Assembly: GCA_046715695.1 (NCBI GenBank)
Contig: JBKJYP010000113.1
Location: 1-27,373, forward strand
DNA from: Actinomycetota bacterium
GTDB taxonomy: Bacteria > Actinomycetota > CADDZG01 > WHSQ01
Length of the DNA: 27,373 nucleotides
Direction: 5' to 3'
This document shows positions 1 through 8,171 of this stretch, piece by piece (the first letter of the stretch is position 1; each line of letters starts with the position of its first letter). Below the pieces are notes generated by a model. That model ran no database searches. It saw only the letters and a program-made list of their open reading frames with translations, and had not been told where the DNA came from. The translations under genes and the position numbers were made by a program.

Positions 1-2
1 TT

Positions 3-263
3 TTCGCCCTGATACCGATCGCCCTCGTCCTGATCCAGTACGCGCCGGCGCGTCTCCGCTGGATCAGGGAGGCCTCTGCGGCGTCGAAGCTCCGGATCGA
101 TGCCGCCGACCTCGAGTTGTTCGCGATCCGAGCGGTTGCCACCCGCCCGCTTTACGAGCTCCAGCGCGCTTGTCCTGACCCGGCTGCTGCTCTCGCCGCC
201 CGCGACTTCGGGGCCCTGGCCGAACTGGAGCTCGGCGCGTTGGGCCTCGCGGCCGCGGTCTGA
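3..263 (+). CDS. C-terminal part (5'-truncated by window edge) of a conserved actinobacterial hypothetical membrane protein
   Basis: Frame 3 is open from the window edge to TGA at 261-263 and reads FALIPIALVLIQYAPARLRWIREASAASKLRIDAADLELFAIRAVATRPLYELQRACPDPAAALAARDFGALAELELGALGLAAAV. A hydrophobic helix followed by an LELFAIRA..LAELEL pattern resembles uncharacterised actinobacterial membrane proteins. Not in the ORF track because its start lies outside the window. Confidence 0.6.
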   Translation, partial: FALIPIALVLIQYAPARLRWIREASAASKLRIDAADLELFAIRAVATRPLYELQRACPDPAAALAARDFGALAELELGALGLAAAV

Positions 264-271
264 GAAGAGGG

Positions 272-1171
272 TTACTTGATCGGCAGGATGAGGACGGTCT
301 TGGCCGTAGCGCCGAACTCATCCTCGATCGTGTAGACGAGGCGCTCCTTGTTCCCTGCCGCGTCCGCTCGCGAGCGATAGATGATGGAGCCGGTCTCGAC
401 GTGGATCCTCGCTTTGCCGAACTTCGCCGGGCTCACCGACACGATCCGGATCGAGTCCCCGTCGGGGTCGTTGTCGTTGATGATCACGGCCTCTCTGATC
501 CTCATGCCGGCCTTGACCGCCAGACGGTCGCGTCGCGCGATCGGAGGCGTGTTGACGCTCCCGTCCACCGGATCCCCGGCATCCTCCTCGATCGCAGTCG
601 GCGAAGCCCCGCCTTCCTGGGGCGGCTCGTCCTGGAGACCACCGGATGCTCCGAACATCTGCACCCAGTAGTGGTCTCCCTCGGTGTCGATCGCCGCGGC
701 CATACCGGCGAGGTCATCGTCGGCGGCCTCGAGGTTGGACCGGTGGCCGGGCGAATCGAGCCAGCCCCGCATCACGTCCGCGGGCGTGGGATAGCCCATA
801 GCGATGTTCTCGGCGGCCCCGCCGGTGAAGCCACAGTCCACGGCTCGTTGCTGGAGGGATCGGGCAAGGGGTGGGGCTGGATCTTCATGCTTCATGTACT
901 TGAACTGGGCCATGTGACGCGCCTTCCACACGGCAGCCCTCTGGAGAGAAGGATCTATGGCGAGAGGGCCTGCCCCTATGGACCGGCGATGCTCGTTCGT
1001 GAGTCTGAGGATCTCGTCGGACAGCGCCTGATCGAGGGCCGGCCATGCCACATCGGGGGTGCACTTGGCCTCTTCGAACGCCCGGGGAGCGGATCGAGGG
1101 CCGCTACATCCGGCCAGTAAGGACACCGCCGCCACCGCTGCGACCAACTTCACTCCCGTGCTGAAGCGCAT
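272..1171 (-). CDS. CAP/SCP-domain lipoprotein with C-terminal Ig-like/cadherin-like domain
   Basis: Start moved to ATG 1171, preceded by AGGAGGG. Signal peptide with lipobox LAGC. CAP motifs TNEHR..G..PL, AAENIAMG, WLDSPGHRSNL, YWVQMFG. After an acidic linker, NTPPIARRD..NDNDPDGDSIRIVSV..IIY..LVYTIEDEFGATA, typical of bacterial Ig/cadherin-like repeats. Confidence 0.85.
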   Translation of the reverse strand: MRFSTGVKLVAAVAAVSLLAGCSGPRSAPRAFEEAKCTPDVAWPALDQALSDEILRLTNEHRRSIGAGPLAIDPSLQRAAVWKARHMAQFKYMKHEDPAPPLARSLQQRAVDCGFTGGAAENIAMGYPTPADVMRGWLDSPGHRSNLEAADDDLAGMAAAIDTEGDHYWVQMFGASGGLQDEPPQEGGASPTAIEEDAGDPVDGSVNTPPIARRDRLAVKAGMRIREAVIINDNDPDGDSIRIVSVSPAKFGKARIHVETGSIIYRSRADAAGNKERLVYTIEDEFGATAKTVLILPIK

Positions 1172-1306
1172 GCCGCCCTCCTGATAGATGTTTGGGGTAT
1201 TGAACATCATCAGTGGATGTTTCTCTGTCACCTGAGAGACAGCGGGACGGCCCCCCGGCTTTCCGGCGATAATCGACGCTTCCGTTACGAGCCAAGGGAA
1301 AGGGCG

Positions 1307-2248
1307 ATGTCGATGTACCTCAGAGGACAAGAGGGAGCATCCCGGTTCAGGATCTTCTTACGCATCGCGATAGGCCTTGCGATCGTCTTTTTCATCATCC
1401 CAACCCTTATCGGCGGCTGGCCCTTCAAGAAGGTCCCCCGAGACAAGATCGCCTTGAGCTACGGCGGGGGCCCGGTTGAAGGCCAGAAGTTCCAGGCCCT
1501 TCGTCAGCCGGGCTCGGCCCTTTTCTTCAATGGCTTCTACGACAAGCTGTACGAGTACCCCGTCACCCAACGCAACTACATCATCTCGACCCGTCCCGGT
1601 GAGGGGGATGTCGGTAGCACGGACTTCGTGACCGCTCCGAGCGCGGACGGGGTCGCGATGACCTTCGAGGTCGCGACCTACTTCAAGCTCTGCCAGGAAG
1701 AGGCATGCCTGCGCTCGTTCCACGAGAACATCGGGCTGAAGTACCACGCTTACGACGACGGGCCTGGTTGGGAGCAGATGCTCAACGACTCTTTCCGGCA
1801 GCAGATCGAGAACGCTCTCCAGCGGGAGTCCCGCGCCTACTCGACCGCAGAGCTCTACTTCAGCGCCACCGTTCTCCGTGAGGTGCAGAACGGCATCGGC
1901 GTCGTGCTCAAAGAGAATGTCAACGAGGTGCTCGGCGATCAATATTTCTGTGGGCCCACCTATGTTCCCGGTTCGGGCGAGTGCCCGGACTTCGAGTTCA
2001 TCATCAAGAAGGTGGCACCGTTCGCCGACGACATCCGTGCCGCATTCGAGGAGGTAAGGAAGTCCGAGATCCTCGTCCAGGTCCGCGAGAACGAGGTCGA
2101 GCAGGCGACGCTGCAGGCTGAGGCCATCCGTGAGCTGACACAGAACAACAACCTGACACCCGAGTACGTGATCCTCAAGGCCATCGAGGCTGGACTGGCT
2201 CCGCCCTCATTCGCGCCCTTCCTGCGTTCGCTCAGCTTCGGGGGATGA
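1307..2248 (+). CDS. SPFH (Band 7/prohibitin) domain membrane protein
   Basis: Start at ATG 1307 after AAGGGAAAGGG. One N-terminal TM helix (IAIGLAIVFFIIPTLIGG), an SPFH-like core (YEYPVTQRNY, TAPSADGVAMTFEVATYF, SFRQQIENALQRE) and a C-terminal coiled coil (AFEEVRKSEILVQVRENEVEQATLQAEAIREL). Confidence 0.75.
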   Translation: MSMYLRGQEGASRFRIFLRIAIGLAIVFFIIPTLIGGWPFKKVPRDKIALSYGGGPVEGQKFQALRQPGSALFFNGFYDKLYEYPVTQRNYIISTRPGEGDVGSTDFVTAPSADGVAMTFEVATYFKLCQEEACLRSFHENIGLKYHAYDDGPGWEQMLNDSFRQQIENALQRESRAYSTAELYFSATVLREVQNGIGVVLKENVNEVLGDQYFCGPTYVPGSGECPDFEFIIKKVAPFADDIRAAFEEVRKSEILVQVRENEVEQATLQAEAIRELTQNNNLTPEYVILKAIEAGLAPPSFAPFLRSLSFGG

Positions 2249-2994
2249 AGGGGAGCGGTAGAGGCTCACGCCCTGGTCCCGGGCGTCCGATGCGGGCCGA
2301 GAGCGGGCGCGACCGCGGGCGCGACCGCGAGCCACCTGTGCCCGGTGGCAAGTACCCTCCTCACCACCTCGAGGATGAGATCGTCGCCGAGCTCAAGGCG
2401 ACTGCGCGGCCGGGCAAGGGAGAGATCCTGGTCAAGGTTTTCGCCCACGCCGTCGGGGCTTTCGCCGAGGAGGACTACGAGGAAGCTATCGAGCTGGGAG
2501 AACAGAGCAAACACATCGCGCTGCGCTCGGGAGCGATACGCGAGCTGCTGGGACTGGCGTACTACCGCGCTGGTCGCTGGCAAGAGGCCGTGAGAGAGCT
2601 GTCCGCCTATAAGAGGCTGGCAGGGTCCACCGATCAGAACCCCGTTCTCGCCGACGCGTACCGAGCGATGGAACGGCCCGAGCGTGCTCTCGAGGTATGC
2701 GCGGAGATGAGCCCGAGCGCGACCCCGCCCCCGATCTTGTACGAAGGCGTGATCGTCAGTGCGGGGGCGCTCGCAGATCTCGGCCGCCTCGACGAGGCGA
2801 TCTCGCGCCTGGAGAAGTTGCATCTCTCACCCGAGAGCCCCGAGGAGCACCACTTCCGCGCTTGGTACGTCCTTGCCGACATGCTCGAGCGCAAGGGCCG
2901 GTTCACCCAGGCTCGTGAATGGTTCGAGGCGGTGGATTCGGCCGCCCCCGAGATGACCGATGCCCGGGACCGGTTGAAGAAACTGAAAGGCTGA
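2245..2994 (+). CDS. Tetratricopeptide-repeat protein, Rv1691-like
   Basis: R/G-rich N-terminus, then TPR-like helical pairs (IRELLGLAYYRAGRWQEAVREL, LADAYRAMERPERAL, AWYVLADMLERKGRFTQAREWF). ATG overlaps the upstream stop (ATGA). Matches the TPR gene that usually precedes the HAD-tlyA-nadK-recN block. Confidence 0.85.
   Translation: MKGSGRGSRPGPGRPMRAESGRDRGRDREPPVPGGKYPPHHLEDEIVAELKATARPGKGEILVKVFAHAVGAFAEEDYEEAIELGEQSKHIALRSGAIRELLGLAYYRAGRWQEAVRELSAYKRLAGSTDQNPVLADAYRAMERPERALEVCAEMSPSATPPPILYEGVIVSAGALADLGRLDEAISRLEKLHLSPESPEEHHFRAWYVLADMLERKGRFTQAREWFEAVDSAAPEMTDARDRLKKLKG
2305..2328 (+). repeat. Perfect 12-bp tandem duplication GGGCGCGACCGC x2 (GRDR x2)
   Basis: Read directly at 2305-2316 and 2317-2328; in frame within the TPR N-terminus. 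Confidence 0.9.
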
Positions 2995-2997
2995 CGC

Positions 2998-3897
2998 TCA
3001 GTTCGGCGGGTTCTTCTTGTCGAGGTAGCGCATGAAGCCCATCACGTTCATCCGGTAGGACGTCGTCTGCTCGAGTCTGTCGATCTGCTCGGGTGTGAGC
3101 CGGCCCTCCATGTCCTCTTTGGCGTGGCCTCGGACGAGGGAAGTGACCTCGTCGAGCTCGACCGTTTCGGTGCGCGCTTCGGCGACCCAGGACTCCCATC
3201 TGCGCAGGTCATCGATCGCGGTGTCGAAGACCTCGTCGTCGGGTTCGTGCTTGCCGAAGTGAGTGAAGTAGAGGGCAGAAGGAGCAAGGGATCGCACGCG
3301 CTCGATCGAGTCGATATAGGCCTCCAGGTTGAGCTCGGGTGGCGGCGTCGCCGGTCGCTGTACCCGAGGGTTCTGCATCAAGATCCCCATCGTGTCGCCG
3401 GTGAAGACCGCGCCCGTAGCGTCGTCGAGATAGGCGTGATGGTGGCCGGCGTGCCCGGGAGTCTCCACGGCTTGCAGCGTGCGGCCCCCAAGATCGATCC
3501 TCTCGCCATCGACGATGACACGCAGACGATCTTGATCGATCGGATCGATCCCACCCCATAGGGACTCCATCGCGGCCCCGTAGATGCGCGAGGCGCTCGA
3601 CCAGAGCTTGGATGGGTCGGCGAGATGGGGTGCCCCGACGCCATGGACACAAACGACCGCGTTGGGGAACCGCTGTGCGAGCGTGCCGGCTGCGCCGGCG
3701 TGGTCGAGGTGGATATGCGTAACGACGATGAAATCCAGGTCCGTGACCCCGGCCCCCTCGATACCCGCGAGGACGTCGTCCACGCGGTTCTTGGGGCCGG
3801 TCTCGACGAGGGCCGTGCGCTCCCCTCGAACGAGGTAGGACGCGGTGATGCCTTCGCGGCCATGCATGTTCGTGTCTATGACTACGGGTTCGCTCAA
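2998..3897 (-). CDS. Metallo-beta-lactamase-fold hydrolase (ST1585-like subgroup)
   Basis: HxHxDH motif THIHLDHAG, plus TPGHAGHH, FTGD and THFG. The HLADPSKLWSSASRIYG segment is typical of this subgroup. TTG start with GGAG upstream. Confidence 0.9.
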   Translation of the reverse strand: MSEPVVIDTNMHGREGITASYLVRGERTALVETGPKNRVDDVLAGIEGAGVTDLDFIVVTHIHLDHAGAAGTLAQRFPNAVVCVHGVGAPHLADPSKLWSSASRIYGAAMESLWGGIDPIDQDRLRVIVDGERIDLGGRTLQAVETPGHAGHHHAYLDDATGAVFTGDTMGILMQNPRVQRPATPPPELNLEAYIDSIERVRSLAPSALYFTHFGKHEPDDEVFDTAIDDLRRWESWVAEARTETVELDEVTSLVRGHAKEDMEGRLTPEQIDRLEQTTSYRMNVMGFMRYLDKKNPPN

Positions 3898-3923
3898 GAT
3901 CTTGGGCTCCAGCTGTGAGGACG

Positions 3924-3929
3924 TAGCGT
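3924..3929 (+). promoter_or_regulatory. Putative -10 hexamer TAGCGT for a leaderless transcript of the DAGK-family gene
   Basis: TANNNT exactly 6 nt upstream of ATG 3936, with no SD sequence. Confidence 0.55.
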
Positions 3930-3935
3930 GACGGG

Positions 3936-4856
3936 ATGATAGCTGGGGTCCCGAAGCCCACCGCCGTGCTCATCGTCAACCCGGCATCGGGCAGGCTCGT
4001 GGCCGACAAGAGAGGCGAAGTCGCCGAGGCGCTGGGTCACTTCTTCGACCTCGAGGTCGTGATGACCACCGCGAGGAACGAGGGGATCGCTATCGCCGCC
4101 GAAGCTGCGAAGACCCGCCCCGAGCTGGTGATCGCTTTCGGCGGGGACGGACATGTGAATGAGGTCGTGAATGGTGTCGCCGGAACCGATACGACCCTGG
4201 GGGTCATCCCCGGCGGAACGATGAACGTCTTCGCCCGAGCGCTAGGCATCCCGGAGGATCCGATCCAGGCCGTGGCTTTCCTGAAGGCCTCTCTTCGGCG
4301 TGAGGTGCGCGTCGTCTCGCTGGGCAAGATGGACGATCGCTACTTCACTTCCTCCGCGGGCTGCGGCTTCGATGCGGAGGTCGCCGGCCGGGTGGAAAGC
4401 AGACTCCGCTCGAAGCGACGATGGGGACAGCCGTTCTTCTACTGGAGCGCCTTCCGGGTGCTCGGAGACACGCACCGGCATCGCTCTCCCTCGATGACGC
4501 TTCGAGGTCCCTGGGGAGAGATGGATGTCGCGATGTCGATCGCGTGCAACTGCGGGCCTTACGCATACCTCGCCGGTCGGCCGGTCGTGATCGCTCCCGA
4601 GGTCGACATGGAGCGGGGCCTGGATGTCTTCGCACTGAGATCGATGCGGATCGAGAAGTTGCCCAGCTACGTTTGGAGGTCGGTGCTCGGCGGCAACCTC
4701 GTGTCGGCGCCCGACGCTTTCTACCGCTCCGATCTCGAGGCCTTCGAGATCTCGGCCGAGGCCCCTTTCGCGCGGCACGTCGACGGCGAGCCCCTCCCTC
4801 CCAAGGCGGATGCAAGGTTCTCGCTCGCTCGCGGGGCACTCAAGGTTCTGGCTTAG
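3936..4856 (+). CDS. Diacylglycerol kinase family lipid kinase (YegS/DgkB/Rv2252-like)
   Basis: Motifs IVNPASG, GGDGHVNEVVNG, GVIPGGTMNVFARALG, AGCGFDAEV, NCGPY and HVDGE. Confidence 0.92.
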   Translation: MIAGVPKPTAVLIVNPASGRLVADKRGEVAEALGHFFDLEVVMTTARNEGIAIAAEAAKTRPELVIAFGGDGHVNEVVNGVAGTDTTLGVIPGGTMNVFARALGIPEDPIQAVAFLKASLRREVRVVSLGKMDDRYFTSSAGCGFDAEVAGRVESRLRSKRRWGQPFFYWSAFRVLGDTHRHRSPSMTLRGPWGEMDVAMSIACNCGPYAYLAGRPVVIAPEVDMERGLDVFALRSMRIEKLPSYVWRSVLGGNLVSAPDAFYRSDLEAFEISAEAPFARHVDGEPLPPKADARFSLARGALKVLA

Positions 4857-4865
4857 GTTGGCTGG

Positions 4866-5375
4866 ATGGCTGTTCTACTGATCAAACCCCCGCACGATGT
4901 GGGTCCTTTGCTGGTCGGTCGCCTCGTGGGACAGAGCGACCAGGTCAGGGTCATCGACGAGGCCGACGAGGGAGAGCCGTGGCGACGCATGGGTGCTCAT
5001 CTCGCTCTGGGTGACCCCTCCGATCTCGGTCTGGTCGCGACGGCAGCCCTCGGCTGCCGCACGATAGTTGCGTTCACCCAAGCGCACCTGATCCAAGCGG
5101 CAGCAGCCGCTCAAGCCGCGGGGGTGGAAAGGGTCGTGGCCGTCTTGGAGTCGGCTCCGCCCGCGCACGAGAGGGCCGCCTGGGGGGTCGATCACGTCAT
5201 CCTGATGTCCCCGGCGGTGAAGAGGCGGTGGGGCGTGAAGGGGCGAGGGTTCTCTCCGGAGGTTCTGGCTGAGGCCATCGACGCGGCGGACGACATCGCC
5301 GGTCACCCCCGATTGACCCTGGATCTGAAAGAGCCGGCCTCTTGGGGCTGGCTCAACCTCAACCCGCCCGAGTAG
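4866..5375 (+). CDS. Hypothetical protein, degenerate NAD(P)-binding Rossmann-like (NmrA/atypical SDR-like)
   Basis: The pattern VLLI..VGPLLVGRLV..QVRVI..GAHLALGDPSD..AALGCRTIV..AAQAAGVERVV mirrors NmrA-like N-termini, but the GxxGxxG position reads KPPHDVG. TAGGTT lies 6 nt upstream of the ATG. Confidence 0.6.
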   Translation: MAVLLIKPPHDVGPLLVGRLVGQSDQVRVIDEADEGEPWRRMGAHLALGDPSDLGLVATAALGCRTIVAFTQAHLIQAAAAAQAAGVERVVAVLESAPPAHERAAWGVDHVILMSPAVKRRWGVKGRGFSPEVLAEAIDAADDIAGHPRLTLDLKEPASWGWLNLNPPE

Positions 5376-5381
5376 GAAAGG

Positions 5382-6098
5382 CTAGGCGGGAGTCCCCAGA
5401 TAAGCCTTGCGGATCTCGGAATGGTCGAGGATCTCGCCACCCGAGCCTTCGTAGACGAGCGTTCCCTTCTCCATAACGAACGCCCGCTTCGCGATCTTCA
5501 GCACGCCGGCGTTCTGCTCGACCATGAGCACCGTAGTTCCGTCGTTGTTGATCTGGCGCACGACCTCGAAGACGGTCTGCGTCAGCTTGGGGGACAAGCC
5601 GAGCGAAGCTTCATCGATGAGAAGCAGCTTGGGACGGGCCATCAGCCCCCGGGCGACGGCGAGCATCTGCTGCTCGCCACCCGAAAGCGTGCCGGCCAGC
5701 TGGTTCCACCTCTCTCGAAGACGGGGGAAGTATTCGACCGACTGTTCGACTATGGGGCGCGTCTTCTCGCGATCCTTCTTGTAAGGCCAGGCCCCCAACC
5801 GCAGGTTCTGTGCCACCGTCAGCTGCGGGAAGACGTGCCGGCCCTCTGGAACGAGAACGATCCCTTCGGCAACCAGCCGGCGAGGATCCCATCCGGTCAC
5901 ATCCTGGCCGTCGAACACGATGCTCCCACTCCACGGTTTGATCAGGCCGGAGATTGAGAGAACCGTCGTCGTCTTGCCGGCTCCGTTGAGCCCGAGGAGA
6001 ACGGCCGTCTCGCCCTCTTCGATCGCGAACGAGATGCCGCCGAGCACAGGGAGGGAGCCGTAGCCGGCGCGGAGGTCGGTGATCTCAAGAAGGGACAT
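5382..6098 (-). CDS. livF: Branched-chain amino acid-type ABC transporter ATP-binding subunit (LivF family)
   Basis: Walker A GLNGAGKT, signature LSGGEQQML, Walker B LLLIDEASLGL, VEQN. Confidence 0.95.
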   Translation of the reverse strand: MSLLEITDLRAGYGSLPVLGGISFAIEEGETAVLLGLNGAGKTTTVLSISGLIKPWSGSIVFDGQDVTGWDPRRLVAEGIVLVPEGRHVFPQLTVAQNLRLGAWPYKKDREKTRPIVEQSVEYFPRLRERWNQLAGTLSGGEQQMLAVARGLMARPKLLLIDEASLGLSPKLTQTVFEVVRQINNDGTTVLMVEQNAGVLKIAKRAFVMEKGTLVYEGSGGEILDHSEIRKAYLGTPA

Positions 6099-6882
6099 CG
6101 GCCGGCTCCTCCTCCTCGATCTCGCTGCCGAGATAGGCAGCGATCACTTCGGGATGGTTCTGGACGTCGCGCGGCTTGCCCTCGGTGAGGATCTTCCCGA
6201 AGTTCAACACGTAGACGTAGTCGCAGACCCCGGTCACCAGCGGAACGTGATGCTCGATCATCAACACGGTGAGGTTCAGGGTCTTGCGCAACGTTAGGAG
6301 GCGTTCGCCGAAGGCGTGCGCCTCATCCGGGCCCATCCCCGACGAAGGCTCGTCCAAAAGCAACAGGTCGGGATCGGTGGCGAGGACCGTGCCGATCTCG
6401 ATGAGTTTCAGCGTCCCGTAGGGCAGCCCGTCGAGATGCGAGTTGGCGAGGTGCGATAGGCCGATGAAGTCCAAGACCTCGAGCGCATTCACCTTCAGCT
6501 TCCGTTCCTCGGAGAAGGAGGAAGGTGAGCCGAAGATCGCACCGAATGCGCCGTAGCCGATCCGGGCATGCTGGGCAACGAGGAAGTTCTCGAGCACGGT
6601 AAGACCGCGAACGAGCCCGATGTTCTGGAACGTCCTGCCTATGCCGAGAGCAACCCGTCGGTGTGTCGGAAGGAAAGAGATGTCACGGCCCCTGTAGGTC
6701 ACCGTTCCCGAGTTGGGCTGGTACAGGTTGGTGATGCAGTTGAACAGGGTGGTCTTCCCGGCCCCGTTGGGACCGATCAGTCCGACGATCTCCCATTCGG
6801 GGACCTCGATGTTGACGTCGTCGAGGGCGATGAGGCCGCCGAAACGGATACCCATGTTCTTAACGTCGAGAACCGCCGTCAT
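6085..6882 (-). CDS. livG: Branched-chain amino acid-type ABC transporter ATP-binding subunit (LivG family)
   Basis: Walker A GPNGAGKT, GIGRTFQN, LPYGTLKLIEIG, LLLLDEPSSG, IEHH, and the LivG C-terminal VQNHPEVIAAYLG. Confidence 0.95.
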   Translation of the reverse strand: MTAVLDVKNMGIRFGGLIALDDVNIEVPEWEIVGLIGPNGAGKTTLFNCITNLYQPNSGTVTYRGRDISFLPTHRRVALGIGRTFQNIGLVRGLTVLENFLVAQHARIGYGAFGAIFGSPSSFSEERKLKVNALEVLDFIGLSHLANSHLDGLPYGTLKLIEIGTVLATDPDLLLLDEPSSGMGPDEAHAFGERLLTLRKTLNLTVLMIEHHVPLVTGVCDYVYVLNFGKILTEGKPRDVQNHPEVIAAYLGSEIEEEEPADVPS

Positions 6883-8171
6883 GACCGGCCCTTCTTCTTC
6901 ACCGAGTGTTTCGGCGCGGCTCGCTCGGTCTCTGCCGGTGGGGGCGGCGGAGGCGATGAGGCGGGGGGAGTTGGGTGGACGGAGGAGGCCAGGGCCTCGG
7001 ACGGCTTGACGCCTCCGGAGCCCGAGAGGAGCTCGGGAGAGGCTTTAGGGGCGGCACTGGTCGCCTTCAGCTTCTTGGCCTTGTGCTTCTTGTGGCCCTC
7101 GGGATGCATCGAGAAGGGCTGGCCCGAGAGCCAACGCGTGATGGGCGAGACCTGCTCGGCGATCCCGCCGGGGAACTGGATGATCGTGAGTAGCGCCAGC
7201 AGGGGACCGATGACAAGAGTGAACTCCTCGGGGTCACGCTTGAGCGTGTCCTGCAGGAAGTTGTTGAGCGGATGTATGAGCTGGATCAGGAAGGGGAAGA
7301 GAGCGAAGAACATCGATCCGATAACGACACCGGTGCGGCGGCCCAGCCCCCCGACCACAACCATGAGCACCCAGAGCAGCGAGTTCTGGAACTCGAAGTC
7401 CGCCGCCACAACCGTCTCGACACGATGGGCGAACAGCGCGCCGGCGAGCCCGGCGAACGCACCGGAGAGCATGAATGCGATGACCTTGTAGGAGGTGACG
7501 TTGATGGCATAGGACGCGGCTACCGGCTCGGAGTGCTTGACCGCCAAGATGGCTCGCCCGACCTTCGACCGGATGACTCTCCAGTCGATGAAGATCGCCA
7601 GGGCGAGGAACATGAGACAGAGGTAGGCATAACCCTTATCCGACGAGAACTGGTCGGGCCGCGGTGCGGGCATCCCGGCACCACCTCGGGTAAGCGCGGG
7701 GATCTCGAACAGGGAGTTGACCGCAACGAAGCCGTACGTGAGCGTGATGAGCGCGAGGTACAGACCCTTGATGCGAAGCGCTACGAGGCCCAGCAGTCCG
7801 GCCGACAGAAGCCCGGTCATGATCGCGACGAACACACCGATCGAGAAGCTCGTCATCGAACAAGACTCGAGAGTGCAGCCGGCCTTCTCCGTGACGTAAT
7901 AAGCGGACATGAAAGAAGCGATCCCTACGAACGCGTGATGACCGAGCGACACCTGGCCCGTGTAGCCGAGGACGACGTTGAGAGAGAGACCGATGATCGC
8001 GTACACGATGGCGAGGGCTATCCGGTCGGCCCAGAAGTTGGGGACGGCGTTGATGGTCCAAAGGATGAGCACGAGAAGGCCCGTGATGACGCCGACGCGC
8101 GCGGCCCAACCCCTTGTGCTCGGCCGCCAGCGCGCCTGTGCCAGTGGTGCTGAAACGGCTTGCGAGCTCAT
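6879..8171 (-). CDS. livM: Branched-chain amino acid-type ABC transporter permease (LivM family) with a Pro/Lys-rich C-terminal tail
   Basis: Motifs GLSLNVVLGYTGQVSLGH, LRIKGLYLALITL, GRAILAVKHSEPVAASYAIN, AGLAGAL and VVVGGLG. ATGA overlaps with livH and livG. Confidence 0.92.
   Translation of the reverse strand: MSSQAVSAPLAQARWRPSTRGWAARVGVITGLLVLILWTINAVPNFWADRIALAIVYAIIGLSLNVVLGYTGQVSLGHHAFVGIASFMSAYYVTEKAGCTLESCSMTSFSIGVFVAIMTGLLSAGLLGLVALRIKGLYLALITLTYGFVAVNSLFEIPALTRGGAGMPAPRPDQFSSDKGYAYLCLMFLALAIFIDWRVIRSKVGRAILAVKHSEPVAASYAINVTSYKVIAFMLSGAFAGLAGALFAHRVETVVAADFEFQNSLLWVLMVVVGGLGRRTGVVIGSMFFALFPFLIQLIHPLNNFLQDTLKRDPEEFTLVIGPLLALLTIIQFPGGIAEQVSPITRWLSGQPFSMHPEGHKKHKAKKLKATSAAPKASPELLSGSGGVKPSEALASSVHPTPPASSPPPPPPAETERAAPKHSVKKKGRS

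Noticed and set aside
1200-1290. Minus-strand CTCTCAGG..GACAGAG resembling the 3' end of a glycine riboswitch aptamer
   Set aside because: The conserved GGAGA and CCGAAG-GAGCAA elements and the A-rich linker are missing, and the downstream gene is unrelated to glycine metabolism. An Rfam scan would be needed to revive it.
2998-3897. Possible beta-lactamase or resistance gene
   Set aside because: The MBL fold is shared by many hydrolases. There is no signal peptide, and the motif context fits a cytoplasmic ST1585-like subgroup rather than class B beta-lactamases.
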